64,000 nucleotides of DNA from Gammaproteobacteria bacterium (GTDB lineage: Bacteria; Pseudomonadota; Gammaproteobacteria; Ga0077536), in the NCBI GenBank assembly GCA_963662545.2, contig CAXXLL010000003.1, forward strand, positions 2,176,001-2,240,000, in the 5' to 3' direction. Under the pieces are notes generated by a model. The model saw only the letters and a program-made list of their open reading frames with translations, searched no databases and was not told where the DNA came from. The translations under genes and the position numbers were made by a program. Positions 20,702-30,305 of the stretch are shown here, piece after piece; position 1 is the stretch's first letter; each line of letters opens with the position of its first letter.

Positions 20702-21667
20702 TCAAACCGCAAACAAGCGTTCGACATTCCCATGCAATATCTGTTCGCGCTCATCGTCAGAGCAGGCCAGCCTTTCCACTAATTCTATGGGTCTGCGCCA
20801 CGGACCATAGGGATGATCGGTGCCAAGTACGAGTTGGCTTGCGCCCATGAGTGACAGGCACCATTCGAGCGGTTCTGGCTCATACGCAACCGTATCCATG
20901 TATAGCTTTTTGAGAAATCGACTCGGCTCTTTCACCACCTCATCCCCACCATAAGCATCCAACATCCCGTCCAACCGACCCATCAGATAGGGCACGGTTG
21001 CACCCACATGGGGAATGATAATGGGCGCATCGGAATAATCTGATAACACCCCGGACAAGGCCAAGCGCATGGCCGCGAGGGTGTTATCGACCATAAACGC
21101 CAGTACAGGTACCGGTACGAGGTCCATTAAATAGTTTTGATTCAAAGGTACTGTCGGGTGAATAAAAATGGGGCGTCCAAGTTCTGCCATACGTGCGAAA
21201 ATGGGCCGGAACTCGGGCGAATCTAGTGGCTTGTCATTGATATTTGAATATAACTGAAGGCCACGAAAGTTGAGCGTCGAGAAACACCGGTCGAGTTCCT
21301 TGAGCGCCGCCTCAGTATCGCCAAAGCCCAAAGTCGCATAGCCCCAGAAGCGGTCTGGATGAGCGACAACGAGTTCGGCTAATAGGTCATTCGCAATCCG
21401 AGCCAATTCATCGGCTTGTGCGCCCCCTACGCGATCTGGGCCAGGCACGGCAAGACTGAGAATAGAGATGTCGATACCGGCTTCATCCATATGCGCCAGC
21501 TTGGCCTGCATGTCATACAAAGGCGGAACCATAGGAAGGGTTAATCCCTGACAGCAATGAAAGTGATAGGTGCCATCGACCAGTCGGGTATAGGGAAAGT
21601 CACTCCGCTTTTCGAGCGTTTGGGCGATGTGCTGGGATAAAAAATGCGTGTGGACGTCTATTTTCAT
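20702..21667 (-). CDS. amidohydrolase_2 family protein (ACMSD/decarboxylase-like)
   Basis: IDVHTH, IFIHP, IIPHVG..PYLMGR, LGTDHPY; lower GC than neighbours. Confidence 0.88.
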   Translation of the reverse strand: MKIDVHTHFLSQHIAQTLEKRSDFPYTRLVDGTYHFHCCQGLTLPMVPPLYDMQAKLAHMDEAGIDISILSLAVPGPDRVGGAQADELARIANDLLAELVVAHPDRFWGYATLGFGDTEAALKELDRCFSTLNFRGLQLYSNINDKPLDSPEFRPIFARMAELGRPIFIHPTVPLNQNYLMDLVPVPVLAFMVDNTLAAMRLALSGVLSDYSDAPIIIPHVGATVPYLMGRLDGMLDAYGGDEVVKEPSRFLKKLYMDTVAYEPEPLEWCLSLMGASQLVLGTDHPYGPWRRPIELVERLACSDDEREQILHGNVERLFAV

Positions 21668-21994
21668 GGAACATCTCCGATTTTGACGTGCGTCATTCTG
21701 AGGCGCCTAGAGACGAAGAATCGCTCCATCGGGTCCAAAGGAGCCGGCTCCGGCGGTTTTCTTTGTGCGCGCCCGATGTCGGCTTGTGCGCGTATGCCGA
21801 CGTACTTAATTGACGGAATCGCATCACCAATTACGGCCGCTATAGTGTGTAAGTAGTCATTCCGGAAACGGGCTCTTTATCTGGAAAGGTCTGTAACGAG
21901 CTTCTCGTGATCGTGCCGCCTAGCGGGCCGTGGAACATTGGCCGCCGATGTTCGTTTTCCGGAAAGTTACATGAAACTCGGCCTCGTCTTTGGT

Positions 21995-22222
21995 TTACCT
22001 CCCCTCTTGGCCCGCCCAAACGATCCGAATCCCGCAATCCCTCGAGTGACACAGATGACAGCGGAGTTTTAGCTTCACCCGATTGATGGAGAATCCAGGA
22101 CCAAGCGTATTCAATAACCGGAGCAGATTTAGTTGGTGCATGCGGTGGCAAGCGTTGCAGACGCCATACAGGCGATAGGACACTGTTAAGTCTGCAAGCC
22201 TTGATATTCCGACCGCTGCCAT
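21995..22222 (-). CDS. small Zn-ribbon hypothetical protein
   Basis: 75 aa with CNAC...LRCHLC..RDCGIRI. Confidence 0.55.
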   Translation of the reverse strand: MAAVGISRLADLTVSYRLYGVCNACHRMHQLNLLRLLNTLGPGFSINRVKLKLRCHLCHSRDCGIRIVWAGQEGR

Positions 22223-22343
22223 GACCCGGCATATTAGCCCCATTTGAGAACGGCGGTGACAAATTAGTCCACGGAAGCGGCGGGATTTCCCAGCCGCGGG
22301 CGGAGTAAAACTCTGCCACCTGTAGCCTTCGATCTTTTTTGAG

Positions 22344-23858
22344 ATGGAAGGCGGGAGGATGTACACCGTGGACCTATATCTGCGCGTTCGGCTGGCCTGC
22401 CATGTTGATGGTCTGAGCCAGCGAGAGGCGGCAAGTCGGTTTGGCATTGCGCGCGAGACGGTGAGGAAGATGCTGCGGCATTCGGAACCGCCGGGATATC
22501 GGCGACGCCAGCCACCGAAACGCCCGAAACGGGCCCCCTTCACGGATATCATCGACCGTATTCTGGAGGAGGACCGAACGGTTCACCGTAAGCAGCACCA
22601 CACGGCGAAGCGTATATTCGAGCGCCTTCGCGACGAACATGGCTTCACGGGCAAAGAGACCATCGTGAAGGATTACGTTCGGGAACGGCGCCTTCGTCGG
22701 CGTGAGATGTTTGTGCCGTTGTCACATCCTCCGGGCCATGCTCAAGCGGACTTTGGCGAGGCGGATGCGATCATCGCCGGCGTCAAGTATCGGGCGCATT
22801 TTTTCGTCATGACACTTCCCCACAGCGATGCCTGCTTCGTTGCGGCCTACCCGTCAGCGACGACGGAGGCCTGGCTGGACGGGCACAACAGAACCTTCGC
22901 CTTCTTCGGCGGTGTTCCCCGATCGATTCTCTACGACAACGACAAGTGCCTGGTGTCGCGCATCTTGCCGGATGGCACGCGACAACGAACGCGAGCGTTC
23001 AGCGGACTGCAGTCCCATTACCTCTTCGAGGACCGTTACGGCCGTCCCGGCAAGGGCAACGACAAAGGCAATGTTGAGGGGGTGGTTGGCTACGCCCGAC
23101 GGAACTTCATGACGCCGCTTCCCCGGTTCGCGAGCTGGGACGCCTTCAACGCTTACCTGGAGGAACAATGCCGCAAACGGCAAGACGACGTCCTGCGCGG
23201 CCACCGCGAGAGCATCGGCGAACGGTTTGTGCGTGACCGCGAAGCGTTGAAGAGGCCACTGCCGGCACCGTTCGACGCGTGCGACAAGCAGGGCACGCGG
23301 GTCAACTCGCTGTCCCTGGTGCGCTACCGGACGAATGACTATTCCGTGCCCGTCGCCTACGGCCATCAGGAAGTCTGGATCCGTGGCTATGTCCACGAGG
23401 TGGTTATCGGTTGCGGCGCCGGGATCATTGCCCGACACCCCCGTTCCTACGACCGGGAAGATAGGGTCTTCGATCCGATCCACTACCTGCCTTTGCTGGA
23501 GCACAAGATCGGTGCCCTGGATCAGGCCGCGCCGCTAGCCGGATGGGAACTGCCTGATGCCTTCCCAACCCTGCGCCGTCTCCTGGAGGCGCGCATGGGC
23601 AAGGCCGGCAAGCGGGAATACGTCCAGGTCCTTCGGCTTCTGGAGACCTTCGATCTCGAGGTGCTTCACGGCGCGGTGAAGGACGCCCTGCGCCTGGGCG
23701 CGATCGGCTACGACGCCGTCAAACACCTTGTGCTGTGCCGTATCGAGCGACGCCCGCCCAAACTCGACCTGGATATCTATCCCTACCTGCCTCGGGCCAA
23801 CGTGGCGACCACGGCCGCCGCCAGTTATATGAGCTTGTTGGGTGGAGGCGCGTCATGA
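22344..23858 (+). CDS. istA: IS21 transposase IstA (start may be 22359)
   Basis: GIARETVRKML, AQADFG, LYDNDKCLV, GNDKGNVEG, NDYSVP. Confidence 0.95.
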   Translation: MEGGRMYTVDLYLRVRLACHVDGLSQREAASRFGIARETVRKMLRHSEPPGYRRRQPPKRPKRAPFTDIIDRILEEDRTVHRKQHHTAKRIFERLRDEHGFTGKETIVKDYVRERRLRRREMFVPLSHPPGHAQADFGEADAIIAGVKYRAHFFVMTLPHSDACFVAAYPSATTEAWLDGHNRTFAFFGGVPRSILYDNDKCLVSRILPDGTRQRTRAFSGLQSHYLFEDRYGRPGKGNDKGNVEGVVGYARRNFMTPLPRFASWDAFNAYLEEQCRKRQDDVLRGHRESIGERFVRDREALKRPLPAPFDACDKQGTRVNSLSLVRYRTNDYSVPVAYGHQEVWIRGYVHEVVIGCGAGIIARHPRSYDREDRVFDPIHYLPLLEHKIGALDQAAPLAGWELPDAFPTLRRLLEARMGKAGKREYVQVLRLLETFDLEVLHGAVKDALRLGAIGYDAVKHLVLCRIERRPPKLDLDIYPYLPRANVATTAAASYMSLLGGGAS

Positions 23859-24625
23859 CCGATACGCCGCAAGTGTTGCTGGCCCATCACCTCAAGACCC
23901 TGAAACTGCCGACGTTCCTGCGCGAATACGACAAGCTGGCCCGCCAATGCGCCACCGAGGGCGCCGACCCTGTGCGGTATCTTGTCCGTCTGACCGAGTT
24001 GGAACTGATCGACCGTGAGCGCCGCATGGTCGAGCGGCGGAGCAGACAGGCCAGGTTCCCCGCCGTCAAAAGCCTCGACAGCTTCGACTTCAAGGCCATC
24101 GCCTCGCTCAACAAGATGCTGGTTCTGGAGTTGGCGCGATGCGAATACGTAGAGCGTCGTGAGAATATCATCGCGCTCGGCAACAGCGGAACCGGCAAGA
24201 CCCATATCGCCCTCGGTCTCGGTCTGGCGGCCTGCCAAAAGGGGCTCTCCGTCGGCTTCATCACGGCCGCCGCCCTGGTTCATGAACTGATGGAGGCCAG
24301 GGATGAAAAACGCCTGTTGCGCCTGCAGAAGCAACTGGCAAAGTATCACCTTCTGATCATCGACGAACTCGGCTTCGTGCCGCTCTCGAAGACCGGCGCC
24401 GAGCTGCTGTTCGAAGTCTTCAGCCAGCGCTACGAGCGGGGCTCGATCATGGTGACCTCCAACTTGCCGTTCGATGAGTGGACGGAGATATTCGGCTCGG
24501 AACGTCTGACCGGGGCTTTGCTGGACCGCCTGACCCACCCTGTCCATATCCTGGCAATGAACGGCGAGAGCTATCGTCTCAACCAAAGCCAAAAACGGCG
24601 GAAATCCCCAAATACGCCTGCTTGA
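23855..24625 (+). CDS. istB: IS21 helper ATPase IstB
   Basis: [34 protein letters not shown]; ATGA overlap with istA. Confidence 0.95.
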   Translation: MTDTPQVLLAHHLKTLKLPTFLREYDKLARQCATEGADPVRYLVRLTELELIDRERRMVERRSRQARFPAVKSLDSFDFKAIASLNKMLVLELARCEYVERRENIIALGNSGTGKTHIALGLGLAACQKGLSVGFITAAALVHELMEARDEKRLLRLQKQLAKYHLLIIDELGFVPLSKTGAELLFEVFSQRYERGSIMVTSNLPFDEWTEIFGSERLTGALLDRLTHPVHILAMNGESYRLNQSQKRRKSPNTPA

Positions 24626-24825
24626 CCACCGAACTCAAGGTTGACCCGGTGGGTCCACAGGAACCTCCCACGCTGCTTCGCTCCGCGTAACGCAAGCGCT
24701 ACACGAAGCAGCGCGGGTCCCTCCTATGGACTACCGGGACAACCCCCCAACACTGCGTACCGCATAACGTTAAGTGGACTGGTTTTGCTCCGCCCGGGTG
24801 GACTAATTTTGCTCCGCCGTTGACA

Positions 24826-24868
24826 GAGTTTCCTCGACAGAAATGAGAGCAGCGCGAGCACGAGTCAT
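24826..24868 (-). pseudogene. 5' stub of a REP-associated tyrosine transposase (RAYT), cut by IS21
   Basis: AGGAGG RBS then MTRARAALISVEET, matching the MTR.R..LIS...TPYYHC RAYT N-terminus; next to GTGCCTGTCC repeats. Confidence 0.55.
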
Positions 24869-24926
24869 CCTTGACCTCCTGGGGGCATATCCGTTTATGC
24901 CACGACCTTAACGCATCGATCGGAGG

Positions 24927-24994
24927 GCTACAATGCGTGCCTGTCCTCGGTATCCCGCTTGATGCCGCTACAATGCGTGCCTGTCCTCGGTATC
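24927..24994. repeat. 28-bp direct repeat x2 (40-bp period), REP-like
   Basis: GCTACAATGCGTGCCTGTCCTCGGTATC at 24927 and 24967. Confidence 0.85.
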
Positions 24995-25245
24995 TGGTAT
25001 CCCCGCTGGTGTCATACGGTCAGGAAGCCATTCGATTAGCGGCCCTTTTGCCCAAGTAAAATAGGCCGCCAAGCGAAAATCAGGCCTGATTGCCGAGGCA
25101 ATCTCCCTCTTGTTCATGAGCTTACCTTGGTCCGACCCCTCCAGCCCCCCTCATCGCCTCCAGCCTCCCACATGGCGGTAAGATCGAAGTCGAGCCGCGC
25201 TCGAGGAGCCGGTCACGCTACCTGTCGTTCGTGGAGTTTCACCTC

Positions 25246-26274
25246 ATGATTCCATTCTCGGTGCTCGATCTCGCCCCAATTCTCGCGGGCAGCGATGCGG
25301 CGCAGGCCTATCGCAACTCGGTGGACCTGGCGCAGTGTGCTGAACACTGCGGCTATCAACGCTACTGGCTTGCCGAGCACCACAATATGCCCGGTATCGC
25401 CAGTGCCGCGACGGCGGTGGTAATCGGCCACATCGCGGGGGTGACGAGCCAGATACGCGTTGGCGCGGGTGGCGTGATGCTCCCGAACCATTCGCCGCTG
25501 GTCATCGCCGAACAATTCGGCACCTTGGAATCGCTTTATCCGGGCCGTATCGATCTGGGTTTGGGCCGTGCGCCCGGCAGCGATATGCTGACCGCGCGGG
25601 CCATGCGCCGGGATGCGCCCGCGAGCGCCGATCGGTTTCCCCAGGACGTGCAGGAGCTGCAAGCCTTGCTCGGACCGATACGACCCAACCAACGAGTGAG
25701 GGCGGTGCCGGGCACGAATCTCAGGGTACCACTATGGATCCTCGGCTCGAGTCTCTTTGGCGCACAACTTGCCGCAGCCTTGGGGTTGCCATTCGCCTTT
25801 GCATCCCACTTCGCGCCGGAAGTGCTGTTAGAAGCACTCGATGTGTACCGCACCAATTTCCAACCCTCGTCCCAACTCGAGCGACCCTATACGATGGTCG
25901 GCGTCAATCTGTTTGCCGCGGCAACAGATGCCGAGGCCACCCGCCTATTCACCTCATTACAACAGCAATTCACCAATCTGTTTCGTGGCGCGCCGGGTCA
26001 GCTGCAACCCCCGCTCGATGATATAGATACATACTGGTCGCCGACGGAAAAAACCGGGGTCGACCGCGCGCTCATTTATGCGATGGTAGGGTCAAAAGAA
26101 GTGGTGCAGGAACGACTCAAGGACTTCATCGAAATGACGGCCCCAGATGAGGTCATGATCACGGCACAGATCTACGATCAGGCGGCGCGCCTGCGCTCGT
26201 TCGAGATCGCCGCCGAACTGTGCGACGAACTCACGGAAACGCATGTACCCAAATCGAAATTTGGAAACCCATGA
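25246..26274 (+). CDS. LLM-class flavin-dependent oxidoreductase (YhbW-like)
   Basis: [67 protein letters not shown]. Confidence 0.92.
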   Translation: MIPFSVLDLAPILAGSDAAQAYRNSVDLAQCAEHCGYQRYWLAEHHNMPGIASAATAVVIGHIAGVTSQIRVGAGGVMLPNHSPLVIAEQFGTLESLYPGRIDLGLGRAPGSDMLTARAMRRDAPASADRFPQDVQELQALLGPIRPNQRVRAVPGTNLRVPLWILGSSLFGAQLAAALGLPFAFASHFAPEVLLEALDVYRTNFQPSSQLERPYTMVGVNLFAAATDAEATRLFTSLQQQFTNLFRGAPGQLQPPLDDIDTYWSPTEKTGVDRALIYAMVGSKEVVQERLKDFIEMTAPDEVMITAQIYDQAARLRSFEIAAELCDELTETHVPKSKFGNP

Positions 26275-26743
26275 TCCACTCGCTATGCACGACTGAATCT
26301 TACGAGTTTGGACGAAAGGCAAGATTTGCGAGTATAAGAAGAACAAAGCGTGTTTTTGTCTGTTTATCGAGTATGCGAGTTTAAATCGGGTGGTAGATTG
26401 GTTCGCACTGACTGCGCTTGGGGGTCGTATAAGCGAAAGAAGGCGAGCAAGTCCTGTCTTTAATGAGTGGAAACGGTCCCCCCGCGTCGTCGAATTAGCC
26501 TTGAGACCCAGCGCGTCCGCGACCGTCGCTAGCGAGGCCTGGCATCCATGTGTTGAGGGGATTTTGGGGCTCATTCGTTGAGCCCGGGGAGCATCAATTG
26601 CGGCGGCGCCCGGGCGGCATGTGCGTTGGCGCTTGGGGGGCTGGTGGTTTGACGATCGAGATGATCCAGGATGCGCTGGATGACGGTGGGGTCTTCGATG
26701 CAGGCGATGATCTTCACCGCACCGCCACACACCTCGCAGGTTT

Positions 26744-26818
26744 CATCGGGCACATCTCTGTGCCCGCCCGCTTCGCGGCAGTCTGCGCCTGTGCAAATCG
26801 GCTTTCCTGCCGATTTGT
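26744..26818 (+). repeat. 75-nt multi-hairpin micro-insertion (family A)
   Basis: Removal restores the IDIETC codons; ends TTTGT before C. Confidence 0.85.
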
Positions 26819-26830
26819 CAATGTCGATGT

Positions 26831-26877
26831 GGCCTACAGGGATGTAGGTCAGGGGCGTGAGCAGGACGCGGAAGCTT
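26831..26877 (+). repeat. 47-nt micro-insertion (family B, CCTACAGGGATGTAGG hairpin)
   Basis: Removal restores RVFNID; near-identical copy at 37812-37858. Confidence 0.75.
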
Positions 26878-27025
26878 TGAACACGCGTTTCAAGCGGCGT
26901 GCCCACGCCAAGGTCGCGCGCTGTTGGGTGGCTGTTTTATCGGTCTGCAGATCGGGTGATTTTCGACCACGCCGGGCGGGTGTGACGGTGGCGCGGTGGG
27001 CGCTGTTCGGAGCGAACATGCCGTG

Positions 27026-27097
27026 ACAAATTTATCCGGAATAAATTTGGACGACCGAAGGTCGCCCGAAGGGTGAGGAACAGGGATGTTCCTCATC
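27026..27097 (-). repeat. 72-nt multi-hairpin micro-insertion (family A)
   Basis: Inserted at RF|HG; identical copy at 38060-38131. Confidence 0.9.
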
Positions 27098-27156
27098 AAA
27101 GCGAATGAGATTGACGCGGGGTTTGGGAATGAGCGCTGCGAGACGGGCGATGAAGT

Positions 27157-27227
27157 ACTCCGGGCATCCTGCCCTGCGCCCTTCGGGCCAGCCTACGGCT
27201 GTTCAAAATCGCTCCCGGCGATTTTGT
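27157..27227 (+). repeat. 71-nt multi-hairpin micro-insertion (family A)
   Basis: Removal restores PLDFIARL; GGGCATCCTGCCC / CCCTTCGGG / CAGCCTACGGCTG / CAAAATCGCTCCCGGCGATTTTG. Confidence 0.85.
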
Positions 27228-27821
27228 CTAACGGCACGAAGAACATATGCGTCGTGCCATCGCGGTAAGGGGTTTTGAGTTGGTACCGGACGAAGCCGTT
27301 TGCAGTCAGCGAGAGGCGTTGTTCAGAAATGGCGGGGCGGTGATGTAACGGGCAAGGCGTTCGAGCTTTCTGCGCTTCTCCGGTTCGACGGCGACGCCGG
27401 CGTGCAGGGAGAAACCCGCGGCCTTGGCCAGGTGGTCGCTGGTGCGCGTGCTATCGTCGCGAGCCGGTAAGGTCTGCAGCGTGAAGGCTTTGTGACCCTC
27501 GCGGGGCCCGACAGCGATACGGATCATGCCCCGTTCCTGCAAACGTCGGCACAATTCGTAGGGCTCTTGCCAGTTCTGATTTTGAATATGCGAGACGATC
27601 AAGGCGCCATCGAGCGCGACGGCGTTGGCGATTATTTCCCGGTGACCCAGGGTCCAGTTCAACGGCAAGGACTCGGTCGGGCCAAAGCGAGTATGAGCAC
27701 CAAACATGCGATCGTACTTCTTGGCGAGTTTCTGTCGTCATCGTGACCGTGAACGGCGGGAATCTGTTCTATACTCGTTGCGTGTCGGGTTGATGTCTTT
27801 CGAGTACGCAGGAGGAAACGC

Positions 27822-28373
27822 ATGAACATGCCGAAAGTCAGCGTGGCGGATATGGAGCGTTTAGTCGCGCGCTTCAGCGACATGAAGGGCGCGAAGCTCG
27901 CCTATATGGATCAGAGGATCCCGGGCCACGAGCGCGAAATCGTCAATGTCATCGGTCTCGAAACCATGGAAGCCAGCATCATCGAAAACAAACGCGATCC
28001 GTCGACGGCGCCCATGATTCCCGCGCCTGCGCACGGCTTCACGGTTCAGGTCGCGCATGCCGAACACGGCGGCGGCGCGGCCTTGCACAGCCATGAAACC
28101 GAAGAAGTGTTCATGCCCATGGTTGGGCCCTGGTCGATCTTCTGGATGGAGGGTAACGAAGAAAGAGAAGTCATACTCGAGCCTTTCGACGTGATTTCGG
28201 TGCCGACGGTCATCTACCGCGGCTTTCGTTACGTTGGTGAAGGGCGGGGATCATTGCTCGCACTGATCGGCGGGCCGGACGCCGGGATAATCGGGTGGCA
28301 TCCCGACGTTATCGAGAAGGCGCGCGCGACAGGGCTCGCCGTGGACGAGAACGGGGTATTGATCGAAGTGTAG
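27822..28373 (+). CDS. cupin domain protein
   Basis: GAALHSHETEEVF..G.W, LEPFDVISVP..YRGF; AGGAGG RBS. Confidence 0.85.
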   Translation: MNMPKVSVADMERLVARFSDMKGAKLAYMDQRIPGHEREIVNVIGLETMEASIIENKRDPSTAPMIPAPAHGFTVQVAHAEHGGGAALHSHETEEVFMPMVGPWSIFWMEGNEEREVILEPFDVISVPTVIYRGFRYVGEGRGSLLALIGGPDAGIIGWHPDVIEKARATGLAVDENGVLIEV

Positions 28374-28489
28374 ACATTCGCCCGCAAGCGGGATCCTGTG
28401 CGCGCGTACGAACCCTGCGTTTATCCGAAGCGACCGCTGGCGACGCTACTCCACTAAACTCCGATTCGTCGATTCCGGAGGAGAAATCC

Positions 28490-29653
28490 ATGCATCGCAG
28501 CACCGATCGTATTCTGACTTCGCATGTAGGAAGCCTGCCGCGCCCGGACGACGTCCTCCGTCGCATCTACGCCCACCAGGAGCAAGGTGTGCCGTTCGAC
28601 GACGAATACTGGGACATGGTCGCGAAAGCGGTCGACGACGTTGTCGCGCAACAGAAGACAGCCGGGATCGATATTGTCAGCGACGGCGAGATCGGCAAAG
28701 TCGGATTTACCAATTATCTGAGCGACCGGCTCGAAGGTCTGGGCGGCGAGACCGTTATGTGGTCCTTTCACGACCTCGCCGTTGTGCCCGAGGTCGCCGA
28801 GCGCCAGTACAAGAGCGAAGGCGGTAAGCACATCTGTATGCCGGCCTGCGTTGGCGAGCTGGAGTACGTCGGGCAGGAACACGTCGCGCGCGACCTTGCG
28901 AATCTGCGCCGCGCACTCGACGCACACGGTGTCGACGACGCATTCATGCCGGCCGTCTCGCCGGGCTCGGTGACCTTTCAAATCGTCAACCGCCACTACC
29001 CCTCTTATGAGGATTACGTAATGGCGATCGCCGAGGCGATGCGTGAGGAGTACGAAGCGATCGCAGCCGCGGGGTTCACATTGCAGCTTGACGCGACGGA
29101 TATTCCGATCAGCGCACCCGAGCACGGTATATTCTGGGCGAGCGACGTCGTCGAAGAGATGGGTCACCAGAACTTCATCGCGCTCAATCTCGAGGCGATC
29201 AACCACGCGACGGCGTCCATCCCGGGTGAGCAGATGCGCCTGCATCTGTGCTGGGCGAACTACGAGGGACCACATCACTACGACGTGCCGCTCATCGAAG
29301 TGCTTGAGCCCTCCCTCAGGATCTGCCGCGCCAAGACCATCTCATTTGAGGCGGCCAATCCGCGCCACGAGCACGAGTGGACCGTGTTCGAAGACCTGAA
29401 GCTGCCGGACGACGTGGTGATCATGCCGGGTGTCATCGATACGACGACGAATTTCATCGAGCACCCCGAGCTCGTGGCGCAGCGGATCGAGCGATTCGCA
29501 CGCCTGGTCGGACGTGAACGCGTGATCGCCGGGACCGACTGCGGCTTCGGCACCTTCGCGGGATTCGGTGAAGTCGCGCCGGCGGCCGCCTGGCTCAAGC
29601 TCGCGAGCCTCGGTGAAGCGGCGGGGATCGTCTCGCGCCGCTTATGGAGCTGA
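28490..29653 (+). CDS. cobalamin-independent methionine synthase II family (MetE C-terminal/XecA-like) Zn enzyme
   Basis: ILTSHVGSLPRP, GIDIVSDGE, LHLCWANYEGPH, FEAANPRHEHEW, PGVID, AGTDCGF; GGAGGAG RBS. Confidence 0.9.
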   Translation: MHRSTDRILTSHVGSLPRPDDVLRRIYAHQEQGVPFDDEYWDMVAKAVDDVVAQQKTAGIDIVSDGEIGKVGFTNYLSDRLEGLGGETVMWSFHDLAVVPEVAERQYKSEGGKHICMPACVGELEYVGQEHVARDLANLRRALDAHGVDDAFMPAVSPGSVTFQIVNRHYPSYEDYVMAIAEAMREEYEAIAAAGFTLQLDATDIPISAPEHGIFWASDVVEEMGHQNFIALNLEAINHATASIPGEQMRLHLCWANYEGPHHYDVPLIEVLEPSLRICRAKTISFEAANPRHEHEWTVFEDLKLPDDVVIMPGVIDTTTNFIEHPELVAQRIERFARLVGRERVIAGTDCGFGTFAGFGEVAPAAAWLKLASLGEAAGIVSRRLWS

Positions 29654-29739
29654 ACAGCGATGATTCGTCGGGTGTCCCCGACTTTCCCACGGACGTTCCC
29701 CGGCGCGGCAGCGCTCGTCTCCGCGTATAACCCGCAACA

Positions 29740-30200
29740 CTACAGGTAGGACAGATTGACTTGTTCGGCCGGCACGGGGACTTCGTCCAGACCGAGTTCG
29801 CGGCGCACGATGTTCGTGCCGCGAACCAGTGAGACCATTTTGTAGAACGCGTGCTTGCGGCTGATCCCCTGGCGACCGAAGCCGCGGTCGCTGCTCAGGA
29901 TCAAGTGGGCGGGGTCCATGAGCTTGAGCGCCCTGCGGATGTCATCGGCGACCTCTTCCGGCGTCTCGACCTGAAGGCTGCGGTGTGAGATGAGGCCTAT
30001 CGCTATCTTCTTGTCCTTGCCGATGACCGCCGCCACTTCGTTGAGCTCGAGATAGCCGGCGTACTTCATTTCGAACGTGATTACGTCGACGTCGAGTTGG
30101 TCGAGATATTGCAGCACGGGTTTGTATTTCGCCCGGTAGCCCAGGTTCTGTGCATACGGGTTGCCCCAGCAGGTGTGGCACCACACTTCGGTCTTGTCGC
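29740..30200 (-). pseudogene. C-terminal fragment of a second MetE-like protein
   Basis: EVWCHTCWGNP, DVITFE, IGLISHRSLQVETPEEVA, SSDRGFGR; N-terminal two-thirds missing. Confidence 0.8.
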
Positions 30201-30305
30201 GCAGGCGTGCGTCATCGACCGCGCCGACGGGGCCGCCAAATAAACTGTATGCAACGATAGCGACCGCGACGGTTGGCGGTAGGCGTATAACAACGGCCCC
30301 CATAT

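Larger units (their letters stand above)
22245..24825 (+). mobile_element. IS21-family insertion sequence (second type)
   Basis: IRs TGAGAACGGCGGTGACAAATTAGTCCAC / TGTCAACGGCGGAGCAAAATTAGTCCAC; carries istA and istB. Confidence 0.93.
26332..27535 (-). mobile_element. IS91/ISCR-like (Y2 HUH) transposase remnant 1 with oriIS-like end, interrupted by micro-insertions
   Basis: RIAVGPREGHKAFTLQTLPA, GFSLHAGV, KLERLARYIT, PLDFIARLAALIPKPRVNLIRF|HG, IDIETC..CGG..IIACIEDP, ARAPP; end reads GCTTTGTTCTTCTTATAC. Confidence 0.85.

Noticed and set aside
24927-24994. 28-bp direct repeat as a mini CRISPR array
   Set aside because: Only two units, a 12-bp spacer and no cas genes; better explained as REP-like repeats
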